Shown here: positions 24,834 through 34,999 of the stretch, piece after piece
How positions within the stretch are numbered: the stretch's first letter is position 1
How the letters are laid out: the number at the start of each line of letters is the position of its first letter
Origin: Nemertoderma westbladi
Lineage: Eukaryota > Animalia > Xenacoelomorpha
NCBI GenBank assembly: GCA_032718475.1
Contig: JAUCBJ010000702.1
Location: forward strand, 1-47,720
Length of the DNA: 47,720 nt
Direction: 5' to 3'
Made by a program: the position numbers and the translations under genes
The notes under the pieces: generated by a model
What the model saw: the letters and a program-made list of their open reading frames with translations, nothing else
The model's database searches: none
Told to the model about the DNA's origin: nothing

Positions 24834-24844
24834 ATAACAGTCAT
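24834..24844 (+). promoter_or_regulatory. Putative self-priming primer-binding site ATAACAGTCAT
   Basis: Abuts the 5' LTR, has no TGG, and is the exact reverse complement of LTR 24061-24071 (ATGACTGTTAT). Confidence 0.65.
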
Positions 24845-25164
24845 TGACTTTATTGCAGTAAGCAATAAAGTTGAAAGTACCGGTCAACCGGTAAACCTGA
24901 ACCGGTACTTCTGTAGGTCAGTAGGCCTAACTGCCAGAACCGGTACTTCTGTAAGTCTGTAGGCCCAACTGTCCTAACCGGTACTTCCAGTATAAGTACA
25001 TTAGTATTATTCGATTTTGATTATTGTATACCGGTAGGTCTCGATATTAAATCGGGGACGCCTGGTTTTTATTGGGATTTTACTTAGGTCTATTTCTGTC
25101 GGTGTTATTTACATGTAAGTTAATATTGAGCTGAAGACGTGTAAGTCTGCTCAGATTATTCCGA

Positions 25165-25742
25165 TAATTGTAGGCTGAGCTGCTGTCTGACTGTTGTTGG
25201 GTTTGGAGAGATTACGGCGTGTGTAGAGTTTGTCTGATAAAGTGCCGTTAGTAAGTTGGGGCAGCCATATGCTGTAAGGTCAATCCCCTCTTAAAGAATA
25301 AGTCGTACTACCGTGTTAGAACGCATACTAACTAACTATTTCAGAATCTGCATATACTGTAGTTTATTTAGGCTTGATCGTAGTCTGCCAGCGTTTTAGC
25401 CTGTGTTTGTTTGTGTGGTCTGTTCAGGTACCGTAATAGTTATTACTCAGATATTTTGTAGGCTGGATTGTTGTCTAGCTATTATTAGGTCTGAAGAGAT
25501 TGCTGCGTGTGTAGAGTTTGTCCGATAAAGTGCCAGTTAGTAAGTTGGGGCAGCCATATGCTGTAAGGTCAATCCCCTCTTAAAGAATAAGTCGTACTAC
25601 CGTGTTAGAACGCATACTAACTAACCGTTTTGGAATCTGCACATACAGTAGTTTATTTAGGCTTGGTGGTAGTCTGCCAGCATTTGGTCTGTATTTTGTT
25701 TGAGTATTCTGTACGGGTAGCGTAATATTTATTATTCAGAGT
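25165..25742. repeat. ~289-bp tandem duplication in the BEL 5' leader
   Basis: Core ...CAGCCATATGCTGTAAGGTCAATCCCC... at 25262 and 25551. Flanks are diverged. Confidence 0.85.
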
Positions 25743-27031
25743 TTATGCGATTATTCGCAACATTCATGTCCCCAAGTTTATTCCTACAGTAATTGTGTTT
25801 GTTATACATACCGTTATAGTTAAATTAACCCCGGTACTACACGGGCTGCTTGGCGTAGGACAAGACTGGTGACTTTGTGCTCTGGTCATTCCAGCAGATG
25901 CCGTGGTTCTTTTAACTGTTCAAGTATATTTAACTACTGATTATTTGTTGTACTAGTACTTGTACCTAATTTAGGGTTTAGTGTACAGTGCTTTCCGAAG
26001 TAATTAGTGTGTAGGCAGTATATTTGTGTTGTAAAGTGGTTAATAGGCACGCTGGATCTGGTAGTCCGCGGTAATTAACTTCTAGGTAGGAACACTCCGT
26101 GATACATAACGTAGTACCTATAGAGATACGGCTATAGGTCGTCAGGCGGTGGTATTTTCTTATCTGGACAGTGCAATATATTTACTACTACTTATTATTT
26201 AAATACCGTAGTATTCTGTCAGTTGTAATAACCAGAAATCTAACCCTTTGTTAGACTGGTTTGTAGACTTCCTGTAAAATTACCCTAAAAATTCGTACGT
26301 AATATTTTTGTTGTGTTTAATTAGAGATTTAATCTCACCCGTATCGTAAGTAATTTGTAGTATTAAGTAACTTAGGTAAATTAGAATTATCTGTTATAGT
26401 GTCCCATAAGTAGCACTCCACTGAGAGCGCACAGCTTCTGTGTAGTGACTCCCCCAGAAATAATAACATTTATTTAAAATATTGACAAAACCCATTTTAA
26501 ACGGGTATATAAATATTATAAATCAACTCAAACGATTTATAAATAGTAGGCCTGCCATACAACAACTAGGTCTCAATATCAGTTGGACTACTGCTTAAAT
26601 AACGGTAATAAAGTGAGTTAAAGTAACCAAGTAACCCTAAAATATTCAGAAATTCAATTATTCTAAAATAATTGACATACCGGGATTTACCATAGGCTTA
26701 ATATATTTATTTCTATAAATTTGAGCTGAAATCATACCGGTACTCTGTACTTAATTCTAGTCCATAATTATACTTATATATACTATAAGTGTAAGCAGTA
26801 TACCGGTATTCACGATAGGCCTATTATATATTTATATATATTTGTGCTAAATTTATATACCGGTACTCTGTGACAAACCTAGTTTACAATACTTATATAT
26901 ATATTATAAGTGCATACCGGTATTCTAATATACTGCAATAAATTACCGGTACTAGGCCAACGGTCATACTGAATTACTAGACTTGCTTTAACTGTAACTA
27001 TAGCAGTAGGCATTCAACTGTATAGCTAAAC

Positions 27032-30000
27032 ATGTCTGACACTCAGCAAAACCTGTCAGACAGTCTAATCGATACAACCATCTGTGACACAGATAGGAGT
27101 GTGGAGCGTTTAAGAAAGGAGTTCAGCTCACCTCCTACTGAAAGAAAAGTCATCCCTCCAGTAGTGATATCGGACCCTAAGCTAATCCAGCACCGTAGGT
27201 CCATCATCGGCACTCGGGCCCAAGTCAAACGGAACCAGGAAGCAGCTGTCCCACAACAGCAACAGCCTAGTCGAGAAATTTGTTCCCAGCGATCCGATAG
27301 CTCCAGTAGTTCGGATACTGTCGAACTGACCCCTGAACGCGGATTGCAGATGACGGCTAAAGCCTACTCGGACCCCCTGCTCACCCTTCCTGCCGCAGTG
27401 CTAACAACTATATCGATTGCGGTGGAGGAACATCAAGCAGATTGGGCGAGAAATAAGCGAGCGACCCAAGATGATTATGCGGGATACGCCAGGGAAGAAT
27501 TGATGTCGATTGTCGAGTCACAATGGAACTTTCCCGGACCCGGACTCCCGTTAGATCTGTCCGAGGCTACTTGGGAAGATATACACAGGATGGGAGTGGC
27601 TAAAGATACGATGGATCCAGCTGTTTGGAAGAGGTCGGCAGCAGGATATGTGCAGGGATTCTTCGGCTCCTTAGATAGATTAGAAGAACAACTGTTTCGA
27701 CAACCCCAAGGACCTCAAGAGCAGGAAGAACTGCTATATCAAGTACGCGAAAGAACCCTACGCATTCGACTAATCCTATCAGCTTTTGAGGAAACTTCCA
27801 AAAGAAGACAGGACACGTCACTGCAGGTTGCTGTCAAAACTTGGTTCCAGCGGGTAGGTCTCCAAGTACAAGAAACAAACCAGTGGAAATCCCAGCTGTC
27901 TGAGAGACTAACTTATGAAGAACCAACCGATGCCACCCTTTCCCAGGTGGAAGGCGAAGAGACCTCAGAGAAACCACGAACGAGAGACGCCATAGACATT
28001 TATCTGTCCGACTATCAGCGATTCCTAGGAGACGAAGAATTGAGGAGACGGCTGTCTGGACTTTCCCCCAATAGTGAAGGAACCCAGCGTGTGTTAGATT
28101 CAATCGATGCTGAAATGTTAGCTGCTAACCAAGCAGAATTTGATGAAAAACTCCGCCTCGCTAGAGTCCAAGAAGAAAAGGTAAAGAAAAGACGGATAGA
28201 GGAACAAAAGGCGGTGGCTACGGCAGAAGCAGAAGCAGAAAGAAAAGCAGCGGCGGTAGAAGTAGAAGCAGAAAGAAAAGCAGCGGCGGTAGAAGTAGAA
28301 GCAGAAAGAATAGCAGCAAAGGCGGAAAGGGCAGTGGCAGAAGCAGAACGGAGAGCGTCTGAGCAAACTACCCAACTGGAGTTGGAAAGTCTGCAAGAGA
28401 CGCAAGACAACATAAATAAACAGTTAACTGCTAGTCACATGCAGATGATGAGACGATCTACTCCCAAACGCCAGGGATACACATCATCGGAGGAAAGCGA
28501 AACCACCGATACTGAAGGCGGAGGAAATAGATCTCGTCTAAGCAGGCGTAGAAAAACATCTCACCGTCACAAATTGCCTGATTTGCCCCCAGCTGTTAAA
28601 AGACAGCTAGCTAGCACAGACTTAGGTGGTACGGAACCCATAGACCAAACTGTTCAGGTCAAAAGACTCCCTACAATAGTTGATGAGCCTGAAATAATTA
28701 GGCCTGTCGTTCCCAAAGTCACTTCTGTGTTAGAGACCCCTGTACTTCCAGAGCTTCACTCTAAATTCCCTTTACACAGTACTACACTGCCTGTACCCGG
28801 TAGAACAGTCCATGAGAATATCCCTGTCCTGGAAGCTGAGAGAGAAATCAAAGATTTGTCTCCCGTCGTCCCGCGTCAGCCCGCTACTATGTTGGCGACT
28901 CCCGCTTCGGCGGTCGAGTGGGTAGAGGAGGGACGGCGGGGGATGAATCTCCTGCTCGGACAGATGCAGGAGACTGTCCACCAGCTTAAGGGAACAGTAA
29001 GGGAAAGTAGAGCAGAGTTGCAAGAAGTGCAGCAAAGTATCGCACTGGAACGCGACAAGTTAGTCAATATACAAAAGGGCATACCAATACCCCCTGTAAC
29101 ATTGTGTCAACCTGTTAGGTCTGAAGTATTACATGCGCAAGGTGTGGAGCCTACACGCATCTATACTGCTAGTGAAGTAGAAACTCCTATAGCAAACCCT
29201 ATTAAGGGTGATTATAGACCTGTTATTAATGATATTCCCTATAGACCTGATAATGATCCGAGAAATTTATATACCGATAATTCGATATTAAATAATACGA
29301 TGGCCCAAGAAAGCTTTACGCGTCAGATGGCTAGAACAGAAGCCCGCCAAGCGGTCAAAGTGGGAGAGATCGTCAAATTCAATGGAGATGAGATGAAATG
29401 GTTACCTTTCAACGAATATTACAAAGACAGCATACAGAACTCTGTACTATCTAACGGAGAGAAACTTAGGTTCCTCATCAAGTGCTTGGAAGGACCTCCC
29501 AAGTTAATGGCGTTAAAGTTTATTGGACATCCAGAAGGATTAAGACAAGTATGGGATACATTAAACATCAGGTATGGTAACAAGGATAACATAGCTAAGT
29601 ATTTGTATGCAAAATTAGTAGCCCCCCGACACTTCCTTAGTAGTGGGATTATAGAGTTTTCCGATGAAATTCAGGAGATCTGTAGACAATTGGACTGGTT
29701 AGGTAAGTCTCATGAATATCAGAGTTCAATGGTTATTGGAGCCGTAGTCTCTACTTTACCAAAGGGTGGAGTATGTACACGCTGGGACAAGAAAGTGTTG
29801 TACATGAATGAACAACAACGACGAAGTCCTACCATGGCTGATCTCATGTCCTTCTTAGATGGTGAGGTAAAACTACAACTCATCAAGCAGTCCAGAGAGA
29901 AAACATCGGAAAATAAGGTAAGTGAGAAACCCGCTTCTAGGAGAAGAATAACACCGGTGTGTTACACTGACGACGGCGAAAGCCAAGTTTCTCAAGAAGA

Positions 30001-30343
30001 GGACAGCGGGAAAGACACCGAGCTTTCTTACTATATTGACAAAACCTCAAAAGATGTAAGTAAATACAAAGCTCGAAACAACGATAGGAGAGAACAGGTT
30101 GCTAAGACCCCTCCTCAGTCTCCTAACAGAATGCACCGAAGAAAACCAGAAGAAAAAGCGAGAGTGCATCAAGTTACCCAAGGTAAGGTAAGTAACATAA
30201 AACCTAACTGTGCGCTGTGCGACGGGACACACCGTTTGAGTGCGTGTGCTGAATTTCTAAAGAAATCCCTTGTAGACAGACGTACAGTCGTGTGGGACAA
30301 GCGGTTATGCTATAATTGCCTCAGACCAGGACACCAACGGTGA
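27032..30343 (+). CDS. gag: BEL/Pao Gag portion of a gag-pol polyprotein (long coiled-coil/disordered N-terminus, DUF1759-like capsid region, zinc knuckles)
   Basis: KFNGDEMKWLPF...EKLRFLIKCLEG...L..RYG motif. Knuckles CALCDGTHRLSAC and CYNCLRPGHQR*TC. Same frame as pol. Confidence 0.92.
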   Translation: MSDTQQNLSDSLIDTTICDTDRSVERLRKEFSSPPTERKVIPPVVISDPKLIQHRRSIIGTRAQVKRNQEAAVPQQQQPSREICSQRSDSSSSSDTVELTPERGLQMTAKAYSDPLLTLPAAVLTTISIAVEEHQADWARNKRATQDDYAGYAREELMSIVESQWNFPGPGLPLDLSEATWEDIHRMGVAKDTMDPAVWKRSAAGYVQGFFGSLDRLEEQLFRQPQGPQEQEELLYQVRERTLRIRLILSAFEETSKRRQDTSLQVAVKTWFQRVGLQVQETNQWKSQLSERLTYEEPTDATLSQVEGEETSEKPRTRDAIDIYLSDYQRFLGDEELRRRLSGLSPNSEGTQRVLDSIDAEMLAANQAEFDEKLRLARVQEEKVKKRRIEEQKAVATAEAEAERKAAAVEVEAERKAAAVEVEAERIAAKAERAVAEAERRASEQTTQLELESLQETQDNINKQLTASHMQMMRRSTPKRQGYTSSEESETTDTEGGGNRSRLSRRRKTSHRHKLPDLPPAVKRQLASTDLGGTEPIDQTVQVKRLPTIVDEPEIIRPVVPKVTSVLETPVLPELHSKFPLHSTTLPVPGRTVHENIPVLEAEREIKDLSPVVPRQPATMLATPASAVEWVEEGRRGMNLLLGQMQETVHQLKGTVRESRAELQEVQQSIALERDKLVNIQKGIPIPPVTLCQPVRSEVLHAQGVEPTRIYTASEVETPIANPIKGDYRPVINDIPYRPDNDPRNLYTDNSILNNTMAQESFTRQMARTEARQAVKVGEIVKFNGDEMKWLPFNEYYKDSIQNSVLSNGEKLRFLIKCLEGPPKLMALKFIGHPEGLRQVWDTLNIRYGNKDNIAKYLYAKLVAPRHFLSSGIIEFSDEIQEICRQLDWLGKSHEYQSSMVIGAVVSTLPKGGVCTRWDKKVLYMNEQQRRSPTMADLMSFLDGEVKLQLIKQSREKTSENKVSEKPASRRRITPVCYTDDGESQVSQEEDSGKDTELSYYIDKTSKDVSKYKARNNDRREQVAKTPPQSPNRMHRRKPEEKARVHQVTQGKVSNIKPNCALCDGTHRLSACAEFLKKSLVDRRTVVWDKRLCYNCLRPGHQR

Positions 30344-33300
30344 ACCTGTTACTCCGACATAAAGTGTGCAAAGTGTGGCGCGAAACATCACATCTTGTTA
30401 CACAGTGAGTTCGAACGAGACAAACAGAGTCAGGTAAGTGAGCCCGAACTACATGTCCAATTCAGTGATGTAAACGACACTGATCAGGAGTCTGAGATGG
30501 AAGGATTCTATACTGACGAATTCTCCGACGCCAACGAATCCTGTTATCTAATCAATACCGCAGTGTATCGAGCACTTACTTATGAAAAGGACACCAACAA
30601 TGAGTTTCCCCCAACTACTTTTGCCAAACAACCATCTTGGAAAGCTCCAACTTCCAACGTAGGAATCAGAGAATTTCCTGTAGTACAGGTAAGAGTTCAC
30701 GGTCTTAACAAAAGTTACATAGTGAACGCCCTCCTTGACTCTGGCAGCACAGGAACATTCATCGATCAAGAACTAGCCGAAGATATCTTTGCTGGACAAC
30801 CCAAGTTCCGGACGAAATTGAATATGTCAGGAATTATGCAGGTTTGGAAATCTACCTTAACGGCAGATTACTATGTAGGTGTGTTGTCCACCCCCCAGGA
30901 TAAGTTAGGAGCACAAGGTATAAGGTCGGTAAAAATGGTGGCTATAAAGAACTTCGCTACTACTCAAGCAGACCTTTATAATTGGGACGAGGATGAGAGC
31001 ATCCAACATCTTAAGATACCTCGATTCCAGACAGAGTATCCTGGAGTGCAAATACTCATCGGCCAAAACGCGCATGAGGCGCTCGAAACATTGGAGAAAC
31101 GGCCTGCTCAACCACAGCCACTGCAAACCTATGCGGTAAGAACTAGAGTAGGTTGGTACTTTACTGGCCCTTCCCGCAGGACTCTCGAAGAGAGAATGCC
31201 ACCAGAACAAACATACCAAGTACACGATTGGGAAGTGGATAGCAGTGAGGTGGACGAACTAACTGAGGGAACACCATACTCCTCAGATAATGACGACATA
31301 TACCAACTCTTCGATGAAGAGAACACCATCGACCTACTTACAGAAAACCAAACTTGGAAAAGTCAGGTGAACCTATGTCAACTGATTCACCCATCGGAAC
31401 CCATCGCTTACAATGACGAACTAAACGATGAGATAGAGCGCTGCAACGCTAGAACTCGGGACGAACTAGCCGTACGCTTCTTTACTCAGGAACTGGTAGA
31501 GCCCAATTCATATGATAAGGCTCTATCGATAGAAGAAGAAAGAGCCAAGCAAATCCAGGAAACAACTACACGTTTTTTAAAGGACCAAGGTAGGTATGAA
31601 ATTGGCCTACCATTTAGAAAACGAGAACCTAGATTTATAAATAACAGACCCTTGGCAGAGAAAAGAATCGCTCAATTATATCGACGCCTTACAGCTAATG
31701 CTTCAGCGAAAGAAATGTACCAAACTCAGCTGAAGAAATTTATAACAAAGGGATACGCGGAGCGAGTACCAGAAGGAACACCAGTGACTGAGAGAACGTA
31801 TTATTTAACACATCATTACGTTCCCAAACCCGGTAAACCCCATGAAGTACGAGTCGTATTTGATGGCTCCGCTCTGTATATGGGCCAATCCCTCAATTCC
31901 GAGTTGTTACCAGGACCCAACTTACTCCAATCTTTGTTGGGAATACTATTAAGATTAAGACAATATTCCATCGCGTTCGCCTCTGATATCGAAGGAATGT
32001 TCTTACAAGTCAAGGCGCTGGATAGAGATAGAGACAGCCTGAGATTTCTGTGGTGGCCTGAAGGAGACCTCAACCAGAAACCGGTAGAGTACTGGATGAC
32101 CATCCAGGCTTTTGGGATCATATCAAGCCCTTCCAACGCCTGCTCCGTGGTGCGAACCACTGCGAATGACAACCGAGACTCCTTCTCCAAAGAAGTGATA
32201 GACAACATAAAACGCAATATATACATGGACGACAATTTAAGGTCCCTTCCATCAGTAGAAGAAGCCATAGCTGTCGCGAAAGGAACGGTAGAGTGTTTGA
32301 AAAGAGGTGGATTTCGACTGACGAAATTCACTAGTAACTCCCGTGAGTTTCTGGAAGCCATACCGGTAGAGGATCGCGGAGCGAAAGACCTAGACTTAAT
32401 AAAGGACGATCTTCCTGAAACCAAGACGCTAGGCTTGAAGTGGGACACTGAAAGAGACATCCTGTTTTTTCAGTTAAAACAGCGAGATAATCCAGTTCGG
32501 ACCAAACGGATTTGTTTAAGTATCCTGAGCACTTATTTCGACCCATTGGGATTTATTAGCCCAGTTATATTGATTGCTCGGAGTTTAGTACAACAGATGT
32601 GGCTTGAAAACCACTCATGGGACGATCCGCTTAAGGGAGAATTGTTGAAGAAATGGATGAAATGGGAAGATTCTCTACCTGCCATCGAGAACTTTATAAT
32701 TTCCCGTGCATATTTTGGCCATGTTCTTCCTACGTATTCCTATCAACTCCATGTGTTTGGAGACGCCAGCGACATGGGAATAGGTATAGTAGCATATCTG
32801 CGAGTCGAAACTCCGGATGGAATCAAAGTCGCCTTGGTTACCTCTAAGGCATTGATTAACAACAAGCTAAAGGTTCCTCGAGCGGAGTTAAAGGCGGCTT
32901 TATACGCTACAGCCATCGGCCGGAACGTAACGCAACAAATCGACTATCCACTGGAGAAAACGGTTTATTGGACCGACGCTTTACTCGTGTTGGAGTATCT
33001 CACCAATGAAGTCTGTCAGTTTAGCGTTTTTGTTACTAACCGAGTAGCTATTATTCTTAGTCGCACAAAGATAGATCAATGGAGACATTGCCCTGGTACG
33101 ATTAATCCAGCCGATATCGCCTCCAGGGGAGCAACTCCACAGGAACTGATAGATACTCCAGATTGGTTGGGTAGACCCTACTTCCTGAGCAAGGAAGAGG
33201 ATGAATGGCCTCCTCACCTTACTACGGCAGAGATTAGACAAGCCAAGGGAGCGGAGACCGTCAAACCTAAAACCCAGGCGAGTAAATCGAAGTTATTTAA

Positions 33301-34999
33301 ACCGACTATCGATCTATCTGTATTACATACTTCCGGGAATGATGCTTCGGATCCACAATCCCTCAACACAAATAAGTCTGTTGTGGAAATTAGAGATAGA
33401 GATTGGAAATCTGGAATACCAGACGTCTCGCAAGGAATCTCACCCATGCTGCAGAGAGCAATGCATCATTACAGTTCCTGGAATCGGCTCTGTAAAGCCG
33501 TCACATATTTAAGACGATGTTTTCATCATCACTACTCCAGGACGAAAACCACTAGTGATCACGCTCCATTGACATCTGCACAAGTTCATGTTATTAAGAA
33601 TTTACCCAAATATAAGATATCTGATCGTTTTCTAAAGGAGAAAATTAGTCACCAGGAGTATGAAGAAACAAATAAGCAGATACTGAGACTCCTGCAATGC
33701 TATGAGGATTCCGAAAAGTACTTCCTGTTGTTGAGAAATCCACAGATGCGCTTAAGGGATCGATTCTCGAGCACAATGATAGATGGGTTAATACGTGTTG
33801 GAGGAAGACTCACCAACGCGCCCTTATCCTTTGACACCAAATTCCCCATACTTATTAGAAATCTTGAAGTACAAATCAAGATGATTGTAGACGTTCACGG
33901 TAAACTTTATCATGCTGGTAGAGAACGAATTCTTAGCGAAATTCGAACTCGCTATTATTTTAATAAACCCCGTAGAGCTCTGAACCAAGTTCTTAGGAAC
34001 TGCATACCCTGTAGGAAAGCATTCAGTAGGCCTTTAACACAGCGAGAGGCAGAATTACCTAGGGAACGAGTAAGCTTCTATGAACCACCTTTTACTAATA
34101 CTGGTGTAGATTTATTTGGCCCTATTGAAGTATATCGTGCGAGGACTATAGTCAAGAGATGGTGTGTCATCTTCGTGTGCATGACTTGTAGAGCCATCCA
34201 TCTCGATATGGTGAACGATCTATCTACCAACAGCTTCGTCTTAAGTTTACGACGACAGATCGCTCGCTTCGGGACGAGTAATACCATGAGATCGGATAAA
34301 GGAACGAACTTCATAGGTGCCAACAACGAGATACAGGCTTACGTGAAGGACTGGAACCAAAGACAGGTGGACGACCAGCTAAGGATAACAGCATCTAGCT
34401 GGACCTTCAACGCTGCCGACGCCCCTTGGTGGGGAGGAAGTTGGGAGAGATTAATTCGAAGTGTCAAAACCGCATTTCACTTTATAGTGCCATGCCGCGC
34501 GTATCTCACCGACGAACTTTTGCGGATGTTAATGGAGGAAATCGCTGCCTATCTCAACGAGAGACCGCTTATGCCAGTCTCATCGAGTCCCGATTCCCTA
34601 GAAGCGCTAACACCCGCGCACTTCCTACTGAAGAAACCTGTAGCCATGCTCCTACGATCGGAGATTGCCGACGGAGACGAATACTGCCGTCGAACTTGGC
34701 AACTTATGCAGTTGCTATCCCGTCGTTTCGCTGACCATTTCGAGAAACATTATCTGCCCACGCTACAACTTCGAACTAAGTGGTTTGCGCAGCAAGAAAA
34801 CGTCAGCGCCGGAGATATGGTGCTTATTGTAGATCCAGACCTCCCACGTAAACGGTGGCAGACAGGTCGTATCATCGAGACACACATCTCAGATGATGGT
34901 TTAGTACGCTCGGTAGAACTCATCGTCATGCGGCGTAACTTCAAGAAGCCAGGCATCATCTTTGAGACGCAACAACTCAATTGCCCAGTTGGTACCTAA
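30344..34999 (+). CDS. pol: BEL/Pao Pol portion: third knuckle, aspartic protease, RT, RNase H, integrase
   Basis: CAKCGAKHHILLH; LLDSGS; RVVFDGS, DIEGMFLQV, YMDD; VFGDAS, PRAEL, WTDA, NPADIASRG; HHCC zinc finger, DLFGP, SDKGTNF, GSWERL; W..GRI...DGLVRSV. Confidence 0.96.
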   Translation, partial: TCYSDIKCAKCGAKHHILLHSEFERDKQSQVSEPELHVQFSDVNDTDQESEMEGFYTDEFSDANESCYLINTAVYRALTYEKDTNNEFPPTTFAKQPSWKAPTSNVGIREFPVVQVRVHGLNKSYIVNALLDSGSTGTFIDQELAEDIFAGQPKFRTKLNMSGIMQVWKSTLTADYYVGVLSTPQDKLGAQGIRSVKMVAIKNFATTQADLYNWDEDESIQHLKIPRFQTEYPGVQILIGQNAHEALETLEKRPAQPQPLQTYAVRTRVGWYFTGPSRRTLEERMPPEQTYQVHDWEVDSSEVDELTEGTPYSSDNDDIYQLFDEENTIDLLTENQTWKSQVNLCQLIHPSEPIAYNDELNDEIERCNARTRDELAVRFFTQELVEPNSYDKALSIEEERAKQIQETTTRFLKDQGRYEIGLPFRKREPRFINNRPLAEKRIAQLYRRLTANASAKEMYQTQLKKFITKGYAERVPEGTPVTERTYYLTHHYVPKPGKPHEVRVVFDGSALYMGQSLNSELLPGPNLLQSLLGILLRLRQYSIAFASDIEGMFLQVKALDRDRDSLRFLWWPEGDLNQKPVEYWMTIQAFGIISSPSNACSVVRTTANDNRDSFSKEVIDNIKRNIYMDDNLRSLPSVEEAIAVAKGTVECLKRGGFRLTKFTSNSREFLEAIPVEDRGAKDLDLIKDDLPETKTLGLKWDTERDILFFQLKQRDNPVRTKRICLSILSTYFDPLGFISPVILIARSLVQQMWLENHSWDDPLKGELLKKWMKWEDSLPAIENFIISRAYFGHVLPTYSYQLHVFGDASDMGIGIVAYLRVETPDGIKVALVTSKALINNKLKVPRAELKAALYATAIGRNVTQQIDYPLEKTVYWTDALLVLEYLTNEVCQFSVFVTNRVAIILSRTKIDQWRHCPGTINPADIASRGATPQELIDTPDWLGRPYFLSKEEDEWPPHLTTAEIRQAKGAETVKPKTQASKSKLFKPTIDLSVLHTSGNDASDPQSLNTNKSVVEIRDRDWKSGIPDVSQGISPMLQRAMHHYSSWNRLCKAVTYLRRCFHHHYSRTKTTSDHAPLTSAQVHVIKNLPKYKISDRFLKEKISHQEYEETNKQILRLLQCYEDSEKYFLLLRNPQMRLRDRFSSTMIDGLIRVGGRLTNAPLSFDTKFPILIRNLEVQIKMIVDVHGKLYHAGRERILSEIRTRYYFNKPRRALNQVLRNCIPCRKAFSRPLTQREAELPRERVSFYEPPFTNTGVDLFGPIEVYRARTIVKRWCVIFVCMTCRAIHLDMVNDLSTNSFVLSLRRQIARFGTSNTMRSDKGTNFIGANNEIQAYVKDWNQRQVDDQLRITASSWTFNAADAPWWGGSWERLIRSVKTAFHFIVPCRAYLTDELLRMLMEEIAAYLNERPLMPVSSSPDSLEALTPAHFLLKKPVAMLLRSEIADGDEYCRRTWQLMQLLSRRFADHFEKHYLPTLQLRTKWFAQQENVSAGDMVLIVDPDLPRKRWQTGRIIETHISDDGLVRSVELIVMRRNFKKPGIIFETQQLNCPVGT

